64,000 nt of DNA, taken from the NCBI GenBank assembly GCA_910584585.1, contig CAJUBP010000020.1, positions 881 through 64,880 of the forward strand. The letters are read 5' to 3'. Under the pieces are notes generated by a model, which saw only the letters and a program-made list of their open reading frames with translations, ran no database searches and was not told the origin of the DNA. Position numbers and translations under genes: made by a program. The DNA is from an uncultured Lachnospiraceae bacterium (GTDB taxonomy: Bacteria; Bacillota; Clostridia; Lachnospirales; Lachnospiraceae). This document shows positions 43,368 to 52,408 of the stretch, one piece after another; the stretch's first letter is position 1, and each line of letters starts with the position of its first letter.

Positions 43368-45359
43368 ATGGCTGTGGATTATGGGAAATGCGCAAGAGAG
43401 ATCTATGAAACGCTGGGCGGCAAAAGCAATCTGGTAAGCGCCGCCCACTGTGCCACCAGGCTTCGTCTGGTCACGGTGGATAACAGCAAAATAGACATGA
43501 AAAAATTGGAAAATATTGACGGAGTCAAAGGCGTGTTCAGCAACAACGGACAGCTTCAGTTGATTATCGGCACGGGAACCGTCAATAAAGTATATGAGGA
43601 ATTTTTAAAGGTCAGCGGAATGACAGCGGCGACAAAAGAAGAAGTAAAAGCTGCCGCCGCCGCGAAGCAGCCTTTGTTTAAGCGGATGATCAAAGCCCTG
43701 GGAGATGTGTTTGTCCCGATTCTCCCTGCGATTGTGGCCTCAGGATTAATGATGGGCCTGGTGGAAGCGCTGGGAAAAGCAATACCGGCTTTTGCAGGCA
43801 GCGACTGGTACGGGATTTTGGACTTGCTGGCTAATACGGCATTTACGTTTCTGCCGATTCTGATTGCCATCTCGTCTTCCCGGGTATTCGGGGGAAATGT
43901 TTTTCTGGGAGCTGTGGTGGGCATGGTTATGATCCATCCCAGTTTAATCAATGCATGGTCGGTGGGTTCCATGGACGCGGCAGAAATTCCCGTTTGGAAT
44001 CTCTTTGGATTTACCATCCGCCAGGTGGGATATCAGGGGCATGTCATTCCCGTTGTCATCGCGGTTTGGCTGATGTGTAAGATTGAACAATGGTTACATA
44101 AACATGTGCCGGAGATGATTGATTTATTTGTGACTCCGCTCTGTACGGTGCTGGTGACGTCATTTATTACCCTTGGGGTGATCGGACCGGTATTTTCCAT
44201 GGCAGAGAATTATGTGCTGGATTTCGCGGGGTGGATGATTACCTTTGGGCACGGCATAGGCGCTATGATTATGGGGGCCTTGTATCCCTTTACGGTAGTC
44301 TGCGGCATCCACCATATGTACAATGTAATTGAAGCGGGCATGCTTGCGGCAGAAGGCGGAGTGAATATCTGGATGCCCATTGCCTCTGCGGCGAATTTTG
44401 CCCAGGGGGCTGCGTGCCTGGCAGTGGGATTGAAGGCAAGAAGCATGAAAACAAAATCCGTGGCGATTCCCTCTTCCCTGTCAGCGGCTCTGGGCATCAC
44501 GGAACCGGCGATTTTCGGCGTAAATCTTCGGTTTTTAAAACCGCTGATCTGCGGTTCCATCGGCGGGGCGGCAGGAGCTTTGCTGGGTTCTCTGTTCCAG
44601 ATCGGGGCCACCTCTTACGGGGTGACGGGGCTTCCGGGATTCTTGATTACGTTGGATCACACGGTTCCCTACGTGATTGTGCTGGCAGTGTCTTTCGGAA
44701 TCTCTTTTGCGCTGACCTGGGTTACCTGGAAAGAAGACGCGGCAGAGACTGAGACGGGAAACGCGAAACAGGGACAGCAGGACGCGGAAAGCCCGCAAGA
44801 GCTGACAGGACAGAAGGGCGCAAAAAGCCAGGAAACGCCAGGGCAAAAAGGCGCAAAAAGCCAGGAGACTCCAGAGCAAACAGGCACAGAAACCCAGGCG
44901 GTTACATTAGAGACGGCGCTCTTTGCGCCGGTAAAAGGCAATGTGATTTCCAGAGAAGAAATTCCGGACGCCACCTTTGCCTCTGGGGTTTTAGGAGACG
45001 GCGTGGGAATTGAGCCGGAGACAGCGGAGGTTGTGGCGCCTTTTGACGGAGTGATCGCGTCGGTGACAGATACCTTTCACGCGGTGGGAATTACGGGCCC
45101 AGCCGGTATGGAGCTGCTGATTCATGTGGGAATTGACACTGTAAATATGAACGGCGACGGCTTCCAGGTATTTGTATCGGAAGGAGAACAAGTGAAGGCC
45201 GGCCAGAAGCTGATTGTTTTTGATATTGACAAAATCAAGGCGGCCGGATACAGCCCCACAACGGCGGTGCTTTTGACCAACAGTGAAGATTATCCGAACT
45301 TTAAGATTTTAAAGACAGGGAAAACGGAACAGATGGAAAAGCTGTTTACAGTAGAATAG
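43368..45359 (+). CDS. PTS EIIBCA component, glucose/sucrose/beta-glucoside superfamily
   Basis: EIIB motif CATRLRL, a polytopic EIIC, a repeat linker, and an EIIA-Glc domain (GDGVGIEP...HVGIDTV). Confidence 0.85.
   Translation: MAVDYGKCAREIYETLGGKSNLVSAAHCATRLRLVTVDNSKIDMKKLENIDGVKGVFSNNGQLQLIIGTGTVNKVYEEFLKVSGMTAATKEEVKAAAAAKQPLFKRMIKALGDVFVPILPAIVASGLMMGLVEALGKAIPAFAGSDWYGILDLLANTAFTFLPILIAISSSRVFGGNVFLGAVVGMVMIHPSLINAWSVGSMDAAEIPVWNLFGFTIRQVGYQGHVIPVVIAVWLMCKIEQWLHKHVPEMIDLFVTPLCTVLVTSFITLGVIGPVFSMAENYVLDFAGWMITFGHGIGAMIMGALYPFTVVCGIHHMYNVIEAGMLAAEGGVNIWMPIASAANFAQGAACLAVGLKARSMKTKSVAIPSSLSAALGITEPAIFGVNLRFLKPLICGSIGGAAGALLGSLFQIGATSYGVTGLPGFLITLDHTVPYVIVLAVSFGISFALTWVTWKEDAAETETGNAKQGQQDAESPQELTGQKGAKSQETPGQKGAKSQETPEQTGTETQAVTLETALFAPVKGNVISREEIPDATFASGVLGDGVGIEPETAEVVAPFDGVIASVTDTFHAVGITGPAGMELLIHVGIDTVNMNGDGFQVFVSEGEQVKAGQKLIVFDIDKIKAAGYSPTTAVLLTNSEDYPNFKILKTGKTEQMEKLFTVE
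44808..44873 (+). repeat. Two tandem 33-bp repeats encoding the GQKGAKSQETP linker between EIIC and EIIA
   Basis: GGACAGAAGGGCGCAAAAAGCCAGGAAACGCCA / GGGCAAAAAGGCGCAAAAAGCCAGGAGACTCCA. Confidence 0.8.
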
Positions 45360-45514
45360 TTTGGCAGTCATGATCAGAAACGGCTGTTTTTGAGATTGCC
45401 GGCGCGTCTGGAAAGAGGAAAGATTTCGTGTTATAATGGATTGTGCAGAAATCAGGGGAAGTTATTTCGTCCCGGATGCTGCCGTACTAAGGGAAAAGCA
45501 AGGAGCAGTCAGAG

Positions 45515-46483
45515 ATGAATATAGCAGAAATCGCGAAATTGGCAGGAGTGTCCAGCGCAGCCGTTTCCAGGTATTTTAACAATGGATATATTTCAGAAGA
45601 GAAACGGGAGGCGATCCGAAAAGTTGTGGAAGAAACCGGATACCGGCCCTCCCTGCAGGCCCAGACGCTGCGGACAAAGAAAACCAGAATGGTGGGCGTG
45701 ATTGTGCCCAAGATTGCTTCCGCTTCCATTGGAAGGATTGTGGAAGGGATTTTGTCGGTGCTGAATGAAACCGGATACCAGACCCTCTTGGCAGTGACCC
45801 AGAATGATCCGAAGAAAGAACTGGAGTACTTGTCGGCTTTTAATGATAAGCAGGTGGACGGGGTAATTCTGGCGGCAACGATATTCAGTCCGGAGCATAA
45901 ACGGCTGCTGAAAGAGTTCCCTGTTCCAGTTGTGATTGTGGGGCAGCAGCTTGGCGGGCATTACTGCGTGTTCCATGATGATTATCACGCGGCCTATGAT
46001 CTGACCAGATTGATTTTGGAAAAAGGAAGAAAGAAACTTGGCTATATCGGAGCTGTTCAGAAGGACAAGGCGGTAGGGGCAGAGAGGTACCGGGGCTTTC
46101 GGGACGCGGTGGAGGAAGCGGGGCTTGAGAGCCTTGCGGAAAATTTTGTCATCGCTTCCTTTACGGTTGCTTCCGGATACGAAAAGGCAGGAGAATTGCT
46201 GAAAAAGAGCGGAAAGCTGGATGGAATTTTGTGTGCCACTGATACAATGGCCGCAGGCGCCATGCAGTATTTGCGGGAACATCAGATTCGGGTTCCGGAG
46301 GAGATTCTTGTGGCGGGACACGGGGATTCTGAAATGGCAAGGATTACGGATCCGCCGCTGCTGACCGTGCATTATTCCTATGAAAAAAGCGGGGAACTGG
46401 CGGCCCGGATGCTGCTGGATGTGCTGGCAGACAGGGAGACGGCGGTGAAGGAGATGAAACTGGGGTATTATATTGTGGAGTAA
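45515..46483 (+). CDS. LacI-family transcriptional regulator
   Basis: HTH MNIAEIAKLAGVSSAAVSRYFN plus a sugar-binding core. Confidence 0.85.
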   Translation: MNIAEIAKLAGVSSAAVSRYFNNGYISEEKREAIRKVVEETGYRPSLQAQTLRTKKTRMVGVIVPKIASASIGRIVEGILSVLNETGYQTLLAVTQNDPKKELEYLSAFNDKQVDGVILAATIFSPEHKRLLKEFPVPVVIVGQQLGGHYCVFHDDYHAAYDLTRLILEKGRKKLGYIGAVQKDKAVGAERYRGFRDAVEEAGLESLAENFVIASFTVASGYEKAGELLKKSGKLDGILCATDTMAAGAMQYLREHQIRVPEEILVAGHGDSEMARITDPPLLTVHYSYEKSGELAARMLLDVLADRETAVKEMKLGYYIVE

Positions 46484-46567
46484 TCAGAGAATGGAACGCT
46501 ACGGTTCACGGATCGGGGTCCGCTTATCGTAATGCGTTCAGAAATTGAAAAATAATGCGAAAACTGC

Positions 46568-46620
46568 TTGAAAAATTTTCCTGTTTCGTATATACTATCT
46601 ATAGTTAGCAAATACTAACT
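46568..46620 (+). promoter_or_regulatory. Promoter (TTGAAA-17-TATACT) followed by the best copy of the 18-bp dyad operator
   Basis: -35 at 46568..46573 and -10 at 46591..46596. Operator AGTTAGCAAATACTAACT at 46603..46620. Confidence 0.55.
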
Positions 46621-46665
46621 TGAGAAAGTCTATTCTAATTAAAAAACGGAGTAGGAGGAAAGAAA

Positions 46666-46947
46666 ATGAGCATCGTAATTATCGGAGGCCACGATCGGAT
46701 GGCCTGTCAGTATAAAGAAATATGTAAAAAATATCAATGCAAAGCGAAGGTTTTTACCCAGATGTCCGGCAATCTGGAAGAAAAAATCGGCAGTCCCGAT
46801 CTGGTAGTGCTGTTTACCAATACGGTGTCTCATAAGATGGTCCGCTGTGCCGTAGCAAAGGCCCAGAAGGTACAGGCGGACATTGTACGGTGCCATACCA
46901 GCAGCGGCAGCGCGCTGACAGAGATTCTGGCAGAAAAGTGCTGTTAA
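46666..46947 (+). CDS. DUF2325-like small protein
   Basis: 93 aa. IVIIGGHDRM....Y..I....G......DLVVLFTN.VSH resembles the DUF2325 family as recalled. Confidence 0.55.
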   Translation: MSIVIIGGHDRMACQYKEICKKYQCKAKVFTQMSGNLEEKIGSPDLVVLFTNTVSHKMVRCAVAKAQKVQADIVRCHTSSGSALTEILAEKCC

Positions 46948-47045
46948 GAGAATGCGAAAAAAATCTGTATTTTGGCAGTGTATATTTTTCGTTTATATGG
47001 TAATATATAGAAGTAATATCATTTTTTTGGAAAGGAGGCGGAAAA

Positions 47046-47204
47046 ATGGACAAGTATGTTTGCGAACCCTGCGGATATGTATATGATCCGGAAGTCGGCG
47101 ATCCGGATAACGGAATCGCTCCCGGAACCGCGTTTGAGGATTTGCCGGAGGATTGGGTATGTCCCCTGTGCGGAATGGGAAAAGAAGTATTTGCGAAAGA
47201 ATAA
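47046..47204 (+). CDS. Rubredoxin (52 aa, not in the ORF track)
   Basis: [52 protein letters not shown]. Two CxxCG knuckles. RBS GGAGG. Confidence 0.9.
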   Translation: MDKYVCEPCGYVYDPEVGDPDNGIAPGTAFEDLPEDWVCPLCGMGKEVFAKE

Positions 47205-47216
47205 TTTAGTGTGATA

Positions 47217-47264
47217 AAAACGCCCTGGAAACAGCATGTGCATGTTATTTCCAGGGCGTTTTTA
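47217..47264 (+). terminator. Intrinsic terminator
   Basis: AAAACGCCCTGGAAA...TTTCCAGGGCGTTTTT. Confidence 0.8.
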
Positions 47265-47343
47265 ATTGGTTGAAACATTGTCAAATTTATTCCGTGTGAA
47301 TTGTAACATGTCGCGTTGGCCTGTTATTTTATTTGGAAAATTC

Positions 47344-47372
47344 TTGCAATTTTTCGGGGGGGGGGGTATAAT
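47344..47372 (+). promoter_or_regulatory. Promoter with an 11-G homopolymer in the -35/-10 spacer (17-bp spacer)
   Basis: TTGCAA-TTTTTC-G11-TATAAT. Confidence 0.65.
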
Positions 47373-47447
47373 AAAAAGAGAAGTGCAGCCAAAAACGATT
47401 GCCAACAGACAGCGGCAGAGCTGATCTGAACACACAGGAGGGAATTT

Positions 47448-50400
47448 ATGAGGAGAAAGTATTTATCATTGATTCTGGCGGCAGTGATATCACTGGGCCA
47501 GATTGCGGGGACTGGACAGTTGGTCCAGGCGTCGGAAGTTTCTGGAGAAATTGGGCAGGAGGTTCTGGAAGGGACGCAGCCGGAAACAGGAGAAGAAACC
47601 GGGCAGCAGCAGCCGACAGAGACAATGGGAGAAATGGGACAGGAATCGGGGAATTTGTCGGGAGAAGGAGCAGAACAACAGCCTGGAGGAACATTGCCGC
47701 CGTCAGGTACAGAGCAGGGAAATTATACACCAAATTTTTATGTGTCAGATGAATTCAGATGGCTGCCTGGTGAAGAAATAACGATTTACAAAGTGGGAAG
47801 CGGCAATTGGAATGGGGAAAATGGCACAACCATACCAATGGAAATTGCAGAAGTCGTAAGCGCGGATTCTGAGGTTGTCTCTGTAGAAAACAATGAAGAA
47901 TTGGGCGGATGGATTCTGAGAGCGAAAGGATTTGGCGAAACGACAGTTACTGTTACAGGCAAAGCTTTACAGGATGTGTCAGGGGATAATGCGTCAGAAG
48001 CGCCGGAAAAACAAATTCGTGTGATTGTCAGCGACAAAACATATGGTTTGGTGGTGGAGGGAATGACTCAGAACGCGCTGCCGGGAGCAGAAGTCAATTT
48101 GACAGCAAAAGTTACTGGCAGGGATATGAACTGGCAGGAAGCGGATGTCTCAGACGCAGTTGTTGTCTGGACGGCTAAATCAGATGTTGAGGGAATTTTG
48201 GAACAATCTGAAAGAGGAAACAATTTTCAGATTCATATACCCGATATACCAGAGGGCAGGGATTCCTATTGGATTACAGTGACTGCGGAAGTAAAGAGAG
48301 GAGAAGAGACGGTTTCTTATCTCTGGCTTTCCACAATTTTTGTAAACAATTTATACTATAAGATGGAGATAGAAGCGCCGACAGAAATAGGAGAAATGTG
48401 GCCGGGAGAAACCAGAACTATAACTCCCGTGTTATACCGCTATGAGACAGGAAAAGAGCCGGAAGCGGAGCTAATGGCTATGTTTCAATTCGCTTATAGT
48501 GAGGAAAATATTGAGATACAAAAAGATGGAGTGCGTGTAGAGCCAGATGTGCCTCAGAGTAAAGGTGATTTTACCATAAAAAGGCTGAAGAACCGTATAG
48601 ATCCTATTCAGATATTCGCATATTTGGATGGGAATCAGCAAGGAGGCGAAGTTTTACAATTCCAATGGAAAGATTATAATGATATTTCAATAGAAGGCGG
48701 GTATTATGTGAATTTGTTTGTCGATGATGATAATCCTGAAGAGAGTGATACAGAGAAAGAATTTACTCTGGATACGTCAAAACTTGGCGGAGATTATGAA
48801 ATTGAATGGAAACTAGAAAATGATGAAGTATCTGTAGATCCGGGCATATATAAGATAAGCGGGGAAAAGGGAGAGAGTATCACAATTGACGCGAAAGCCT
48901 TGAGGGATGATTTGAAAAGGAAGCTTGGAGAAGATGATATATTTGAAGGCGGCTATTCTTGTCAACTTATTGTGGTTGTAAAAGCAGAAGGAACAGAACA
49001 GGCGATGAGAAGCTTGTCAATTGCTATTACAAAACCTGACAGTTGGATTAGTGAAAGAGAATATCTGACATTAAAAGGCACAGCGCTTACATATAAAGAT
49101 GGAAAAATCGCATGTTTTGTACAAAATAAGGATCATCCTACTGCTACGGAGCTTATGCTAGAACTGAAAGAAGTGAAAATCCTGGAAGAGACTCCGGAAG
49201 TTAAGAATACAAAAGTATTTACGGTAAAGAAGAATGGGGAAGATATTCTTCTGGTTGCTGAAAATTATGGAGAGGCTACCATAGAGTACAGGGTTGCTTA
49301 TGGCGGAAGAGAAAAGGTATTTACCATTGATAAAGCTGTTGTAAAAGACAAATATGAATTCAGCGCATTCAGCAGCACAGGCACCACCCATCTTCTGCCG
49401 GGCGCGGAATTGAAAATGGAAACAGAAGTCTGGCATGGATTTTATAATGAAAATGCTGGGAAAAAAGAATGGGAGAAACTGGATCCCGGAAAATATACGA
49501 TTAAGTATACCGGCTATGATAAAAATCTTATTTCAGTAGAAGCGGACGGAACGGTGAAAGCAATTGGTGAAAATGGATATTCAGGTCTGGGTGTTTTCTG
49601 TACAATTCCAATAGAGGGAGAGGAAGATGATGAGTATGTGGATGAAGTTGAAATTCAGGTAAGTGACAGCTATGCACAGGCATTTGCGGAAGAAATTTTT
49701 GCAGCTCCGGGAGAAACCGTTGATTATTTGACGTTAAGCTGGAAAAGTTTCGATTTGGAACATAAAAACGGCATGGAGGTGGAAGGCAACTTTGCCTATC
49801 AATTTTTAGAGAAAAAGAAAAAAGGGGTTAGTTTTAATGAAGCAAAAACTGCTTTTACAGTAAATGATGATGCAATAGAAGGAAGTAAGATACGAATTAG
49901 GATGCGTGCGGAAAAAGAAAATTCGTATGGACAAAAGAATTACGCGCTTGGTACAGTCACCGTGAATATCATCGGCAGCAATCCCTGCAGCCACAATTTC
50001 ATCCAGAAATCCTTAAAACCGGCCACCTGTACGGAGCCAGGAATCAGGACGTTGGAATGTAGTATATGCCATGCTGCCACAAAGACAGAAACCATTCCGG
50101 CAGCCGGCCACAAAGCAGGAGGTTTTACAACCGTAAAAGAGGCCACCTGTACAGAAGCGGGCTCACAACAACAGAAATGTACCGTATGCGGTAAGGTAAT
50201 GCACACAAAAGATCTCTCCAAAACAGGACATTCCTTTGGAAACTGGGAAGAAACAGCGAAACCCACCGCTCTTAAGCAGGGCACAGAAACCAGAACCTGC
50301 AAGACCTGTAAGGCGGCAGAAACCAGGGAAACCGATAAGCTGAAAGCGACGATCAAACTGAATGTGAAGAAAATTCCCTTACAGGTAAAGAAATCCACCA

Positions 50401-50852
50401 CAGCCGTGAAGGTTGTTTCCATGACAGAAGGCGACGGAATTAAGTCCTGGAAGAGCAGTAATCTAAAGGTAGCCACTGTAACTTCCAAAGGAAAAATAAC
50501 AGGCAAGAAGGCGGGCAGCGCAAAAATCACCGTAACATTAAAGAGCGGAATTTCAGCCTCAGTGACAGTAAAAGTGCAGAAAAAGGCCGTGACTACAACG
50601 AAATTATCAGTGACTGGAAACTCTGTAAAGAAGAATAAACTTACCTTGAAGAAAGGAAAAAGCGTGACATTGATTGCGGTAAAAACGCCGGTCACAAGCC
50701 CGGAAAAAATCACCTATCAGTCTTCTAATAAAAAGGTAGCCGCAGTAACCAGCAAAGGAAAAGTCACCGGGAAAAAGCCGGGGAAAGCAAAAATTACCGT
50801 AAAATCCGGCAAGAAGAAAGTGACAATCAGCGTAACCGTGAAGAAGAAATAG
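47448..50852 (+). CDS. Large secreted surface protein with Cys-rich CTE.G...C..C modules and C-terminal Big_2-like Ig domains
   Basis: 1134 aa. Signal peptide MRRKYLSLILAAVISLGQIAGTGQLVQA. Repeats of VKV.S....I.SWKSSN.KVA.VTSKGKITGKKAG.AKITV. Lys-rich C-terminus with no LPXTG. Confidence 0.8.
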   Translation: MRRKYLSLILAAVISLGQIAGTGQLVQASEVSGEIGQEVLEGTQPETGEETGQQQPTETMGEMGQESGNLSGEGAEQQPGGTLPPSGTEQGNYTPNFYVSDEFRWLPGEEITIYKVGSGNWNGENGTTIPMEIAEVVSADSEVVSVENNEELGGWILRAKGFGETTVTVTGKALQDVSGDNASEAPEKQIRVIVSDKTYGLVVEGMTQNALPGAEVNLTAKVTGRDMNWQEADVSDAVVVWTAKSDVEGILEQSERGNNFQIHIPDIPEGRDSYWITVTAEVKRGEETVSYLWLSTIFVNNLYYKMEIEAPTEIGEMWPGETRTITPVLYRYETGKEPEAELMAMFQFAYSEENIEIQKDGVRVEPDVPQSKGDFTIKRLKNRIDPIQIFAYLDGNQQGGEVLQFQWKDYNDISIEGGYYVNLFVDDDNPEESDTEKEFTLDTSKLGGDYEIEWKLENDEVSVDPGIYKISGEKGESITIDAKALRDDLKRKLGEDDIFEGGYSCQLIVVVKAEGTEQAMRSLSIAITKPDSWISEREYLTLKGTALTYKDGKIACFVQNKDHPTATELMLELKEVKILEETPEVKNTKVFTVKKNGEDILLVAENYGEATIEYRVAYGGREKVFTIDKAVVKDKYEFSAFSSTGTTHLLPGAELKMETEVWHGFYNENAGKKEWEKLDPGKYTIKYTGYDKNLISVEADGTVKAIGENGYSGLGVFCTIPIEGEEDDEYVDEVEIQVSDSYAQAFAEEIFAAPGETVDYLTLSWKSFDLEHKNGMEVEGNFAYQFLEKKKKGVSFNEAKTAFTVNDDAIEGSKIRIRMRAEKENSYGQKNYALGTVTVNIIGSNPCSHNFIQKSLKPATCTEPGIRTLECSICHAATKTETIPAAGHKAGGFTTVKEATCTEAGSQQQKCTVCGKVMHTKDLSKTGHSFGNWEETAKPTALKQGTETRTCKTCKAAETRETDKLKATIKLNVKKIPLQVKKSTTAVKVVSMTEGDGIKSWKSSNLKVATVTSKGKITGKKAGSAKITVTLKSGISASVTVKVQKKAVTTTKLSVTGNSVKKNKLTLKKGKSVTLIAVKTPVTSPEKITYQSSNKKVAAVTSKGKVTGKKPGKAKITVKSGKKKVTISVTVKKK

Positions 50853-50863
50853 TTATTTTTAGA

Positions 50864-50922
50864 AAAGAAGCAAATCCCCAGACTATACTACTGCTGTGCG
50901 GTCTGGGGATTCTTCTTTTTTG
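50864..50922 (+). terminator. Intrinsic terminator, paralogous to 55066..55118
   Basis: GAAGCAAATCCCCAGAC...GTCTGGGGATTCTTCTTTTTT. Confidence 0.75.
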
Positions 50923-51232
50923 TTGTAACTATAGCGGCAAAGCGCCCACAAGAGAGTTCCTTCTGTCTTTCGATACATAGGAAATGAACTGCCGTGCGAA
51001 ACGCCTGTTATCATGGAGCAGGCACATGACAAGTCTGTGCAAAAGGAATCCCTGAGGAAAAAGATGAATGCATTCATGGAGCAGGCGGTAAGGAAAAAGG
51101 CCGGGGAAAGAAAACAGGGGAAATTGAGGAAACAGTGTAAAAATAAAAAATGCCAATTGATTATAGAGGAATTTCAAGGTATAATACCGTTAAATATGAT
51201 ATTGCCCGCAAATAAGCGAAAGGAGGGCGGTT

Positions 51233-52213
51233 ATGGACACGGAGATAAAAAGAGCAATCAACGCGGCAGATATGGACGCACAGTATGATGAAAAGGCAAA
51301 GCGTCTGCTGGGGAATAAAATCATTCTTGCGCATATTTTGGCAAAGACAGTGGAGGAGTTCCGAGGAATGGATCCGGAGGATGTTGCGCCATATATTGAA
51401 GGAGAACCATTCATCAGCGCAGCGCCGGTTGAGCCGGGACAGACCAATGCGTTAAAAGGAAAAACCGGTCAGCGGATTGTGGGGCTGAACACGGAAAATT
51501 CGGAAATCAATGAAGGGCTTGTAAGGTTTGACATTGTCTTTTATGTACGGGTGAAAGACGGAGTTTCACAGATTATCGTGAACCTGGAGGCGCAGAAGAA
51601 CATTCCTTCAGGGTACCATATACGGAATAGGGCGGTGTTTTATGTGAGCAGGCTGATTTCATCCCAGAAAGAGAGGGATTTTGTAAAAACAAATTATGAC
51701 GACATAAAACCTGTATACAGCATCTGGATTTGTATGAACATGGAAGAAAACAGCATGGACTATGTGCATTTGACAAATGACAGTGTGCTGGGCTTTGGCC
51801 AGTGGGAAGGAGGGCTTGATCTGCTGAACATTGTGCTGATAGGAATAGCCAGTGAACTTCCGGAGCATAATGGCGAATATGAGCTGCACCGTCTGCTGAG
51901 CGCCCTGCTTTCCATAGAATTATCCACAGATGAAAAACTGGGGATTATGGAAAGAGAGTATAATATCCCGATAAATGATAAAATGAGAGAGGATGTGAAC
52001 GCTATGTGTAATTTGAGCCAGGGAATCAGGGAGAAAGGAAGAGCCGAGGGAAGAGCCGAGGGAAGAGCCGAGGGCAGAACAGAAAATGAAAAAAAAGTTA
52101 TTATAAATATGTACACGAATCATTTTACGTTAGAACAGATTGCGCTTGCTACAGGCAGGGGCATAGAGGATATCAAGGCTGTCATTGAGAAAAAAGAGCC
52201 TGAATTGGCATAA
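51233..52213 (+). CDS. Rpn/YhgA-like PD-(D/E)XK nuclease family putative transposase
   Basis: 326 aa. D...E.K core (RFDIVFY...VNLEAQKN) and a C-terminal EGRA repeats/helical tail typical of this family in Clostridia. Confidence 0.65.
   Translation: MDTEIKRAINAADMDAQYDEKAKRLLGNKIILAHILAKTVEEFRGMDPEDVAPYIEGEPFISAAPVEPGQTNALKGKTGQRIVGLNTENSEINEGLVRFDIVFYVRVKDGVSQIIVNLEAQKNIPSGYHIRNRAVFYVSRLISSQKERDFVKTNYDDIKPVYSIWICMNMEENSMDYVHLTNDSVLGFGQWEGGLDLLNIVLIGIASELPEHNGEYELHRLLSALLSIELSTDEKLGIMEREYNIPINDKMREDVNAMCNLSQGIREKGRAEGRAEGRAEGRTENEKKVIINMYTNHFTLEQIALATGRGIEDIKAVIEKKEPELA
52037..52072 (+). repeat. Three perfect 12-bp tandem repeats (GGAAGAGCCGAG) encoding (GRAE)3
   Basis: Direct reading. Confidence 0.9.
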
Positions 52214-52236
52214 TTTAAAAATTTTAATAGAAAAGA

Positions 52237-52275
52237 AACAGGCAGGGGAAACGAATACTCTGCCTGTTATTTTTT
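52237..52275 (+). terminator. Intrinsic terminator
   Basis: AACAGGCAG...CTGCCTGTTATTTTTT. Confidence 0.8.
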
Positions 52276-52356
52276 GAAATTATTTTGAACAGTTCCTTAG
52301 TTTTGCCGCAATTTTTCGATATCCAGAGTTTTTAAGCTGCCATTTTTTAAAAATCC

Positions 52357-52382
52357 TTGAAATTTTTCGGGGGGGGTATAAT
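52357..52382 (+). promoter_or_regulatory. Paralogous promoter with an 8-G homopolymer (14-bp spacer, predicted inactive)
   Basis: TTGAAA-TTTTTC-G8-TATAAT. Confidence 0.6.
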
Positions 52383-52408
52383 GAAAGAGAGAAGTGTAAC
52401 ATGAAACT

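Noticed and set aside
51013-51288. 91-aa Lys/Arg-rich ORF upstream of and overlapping the Rpn-like gene start.
   Set aside because: It overlaps the promoter and RBS of the downstream gene, has a highly basic low-complexity translation and no RBS.
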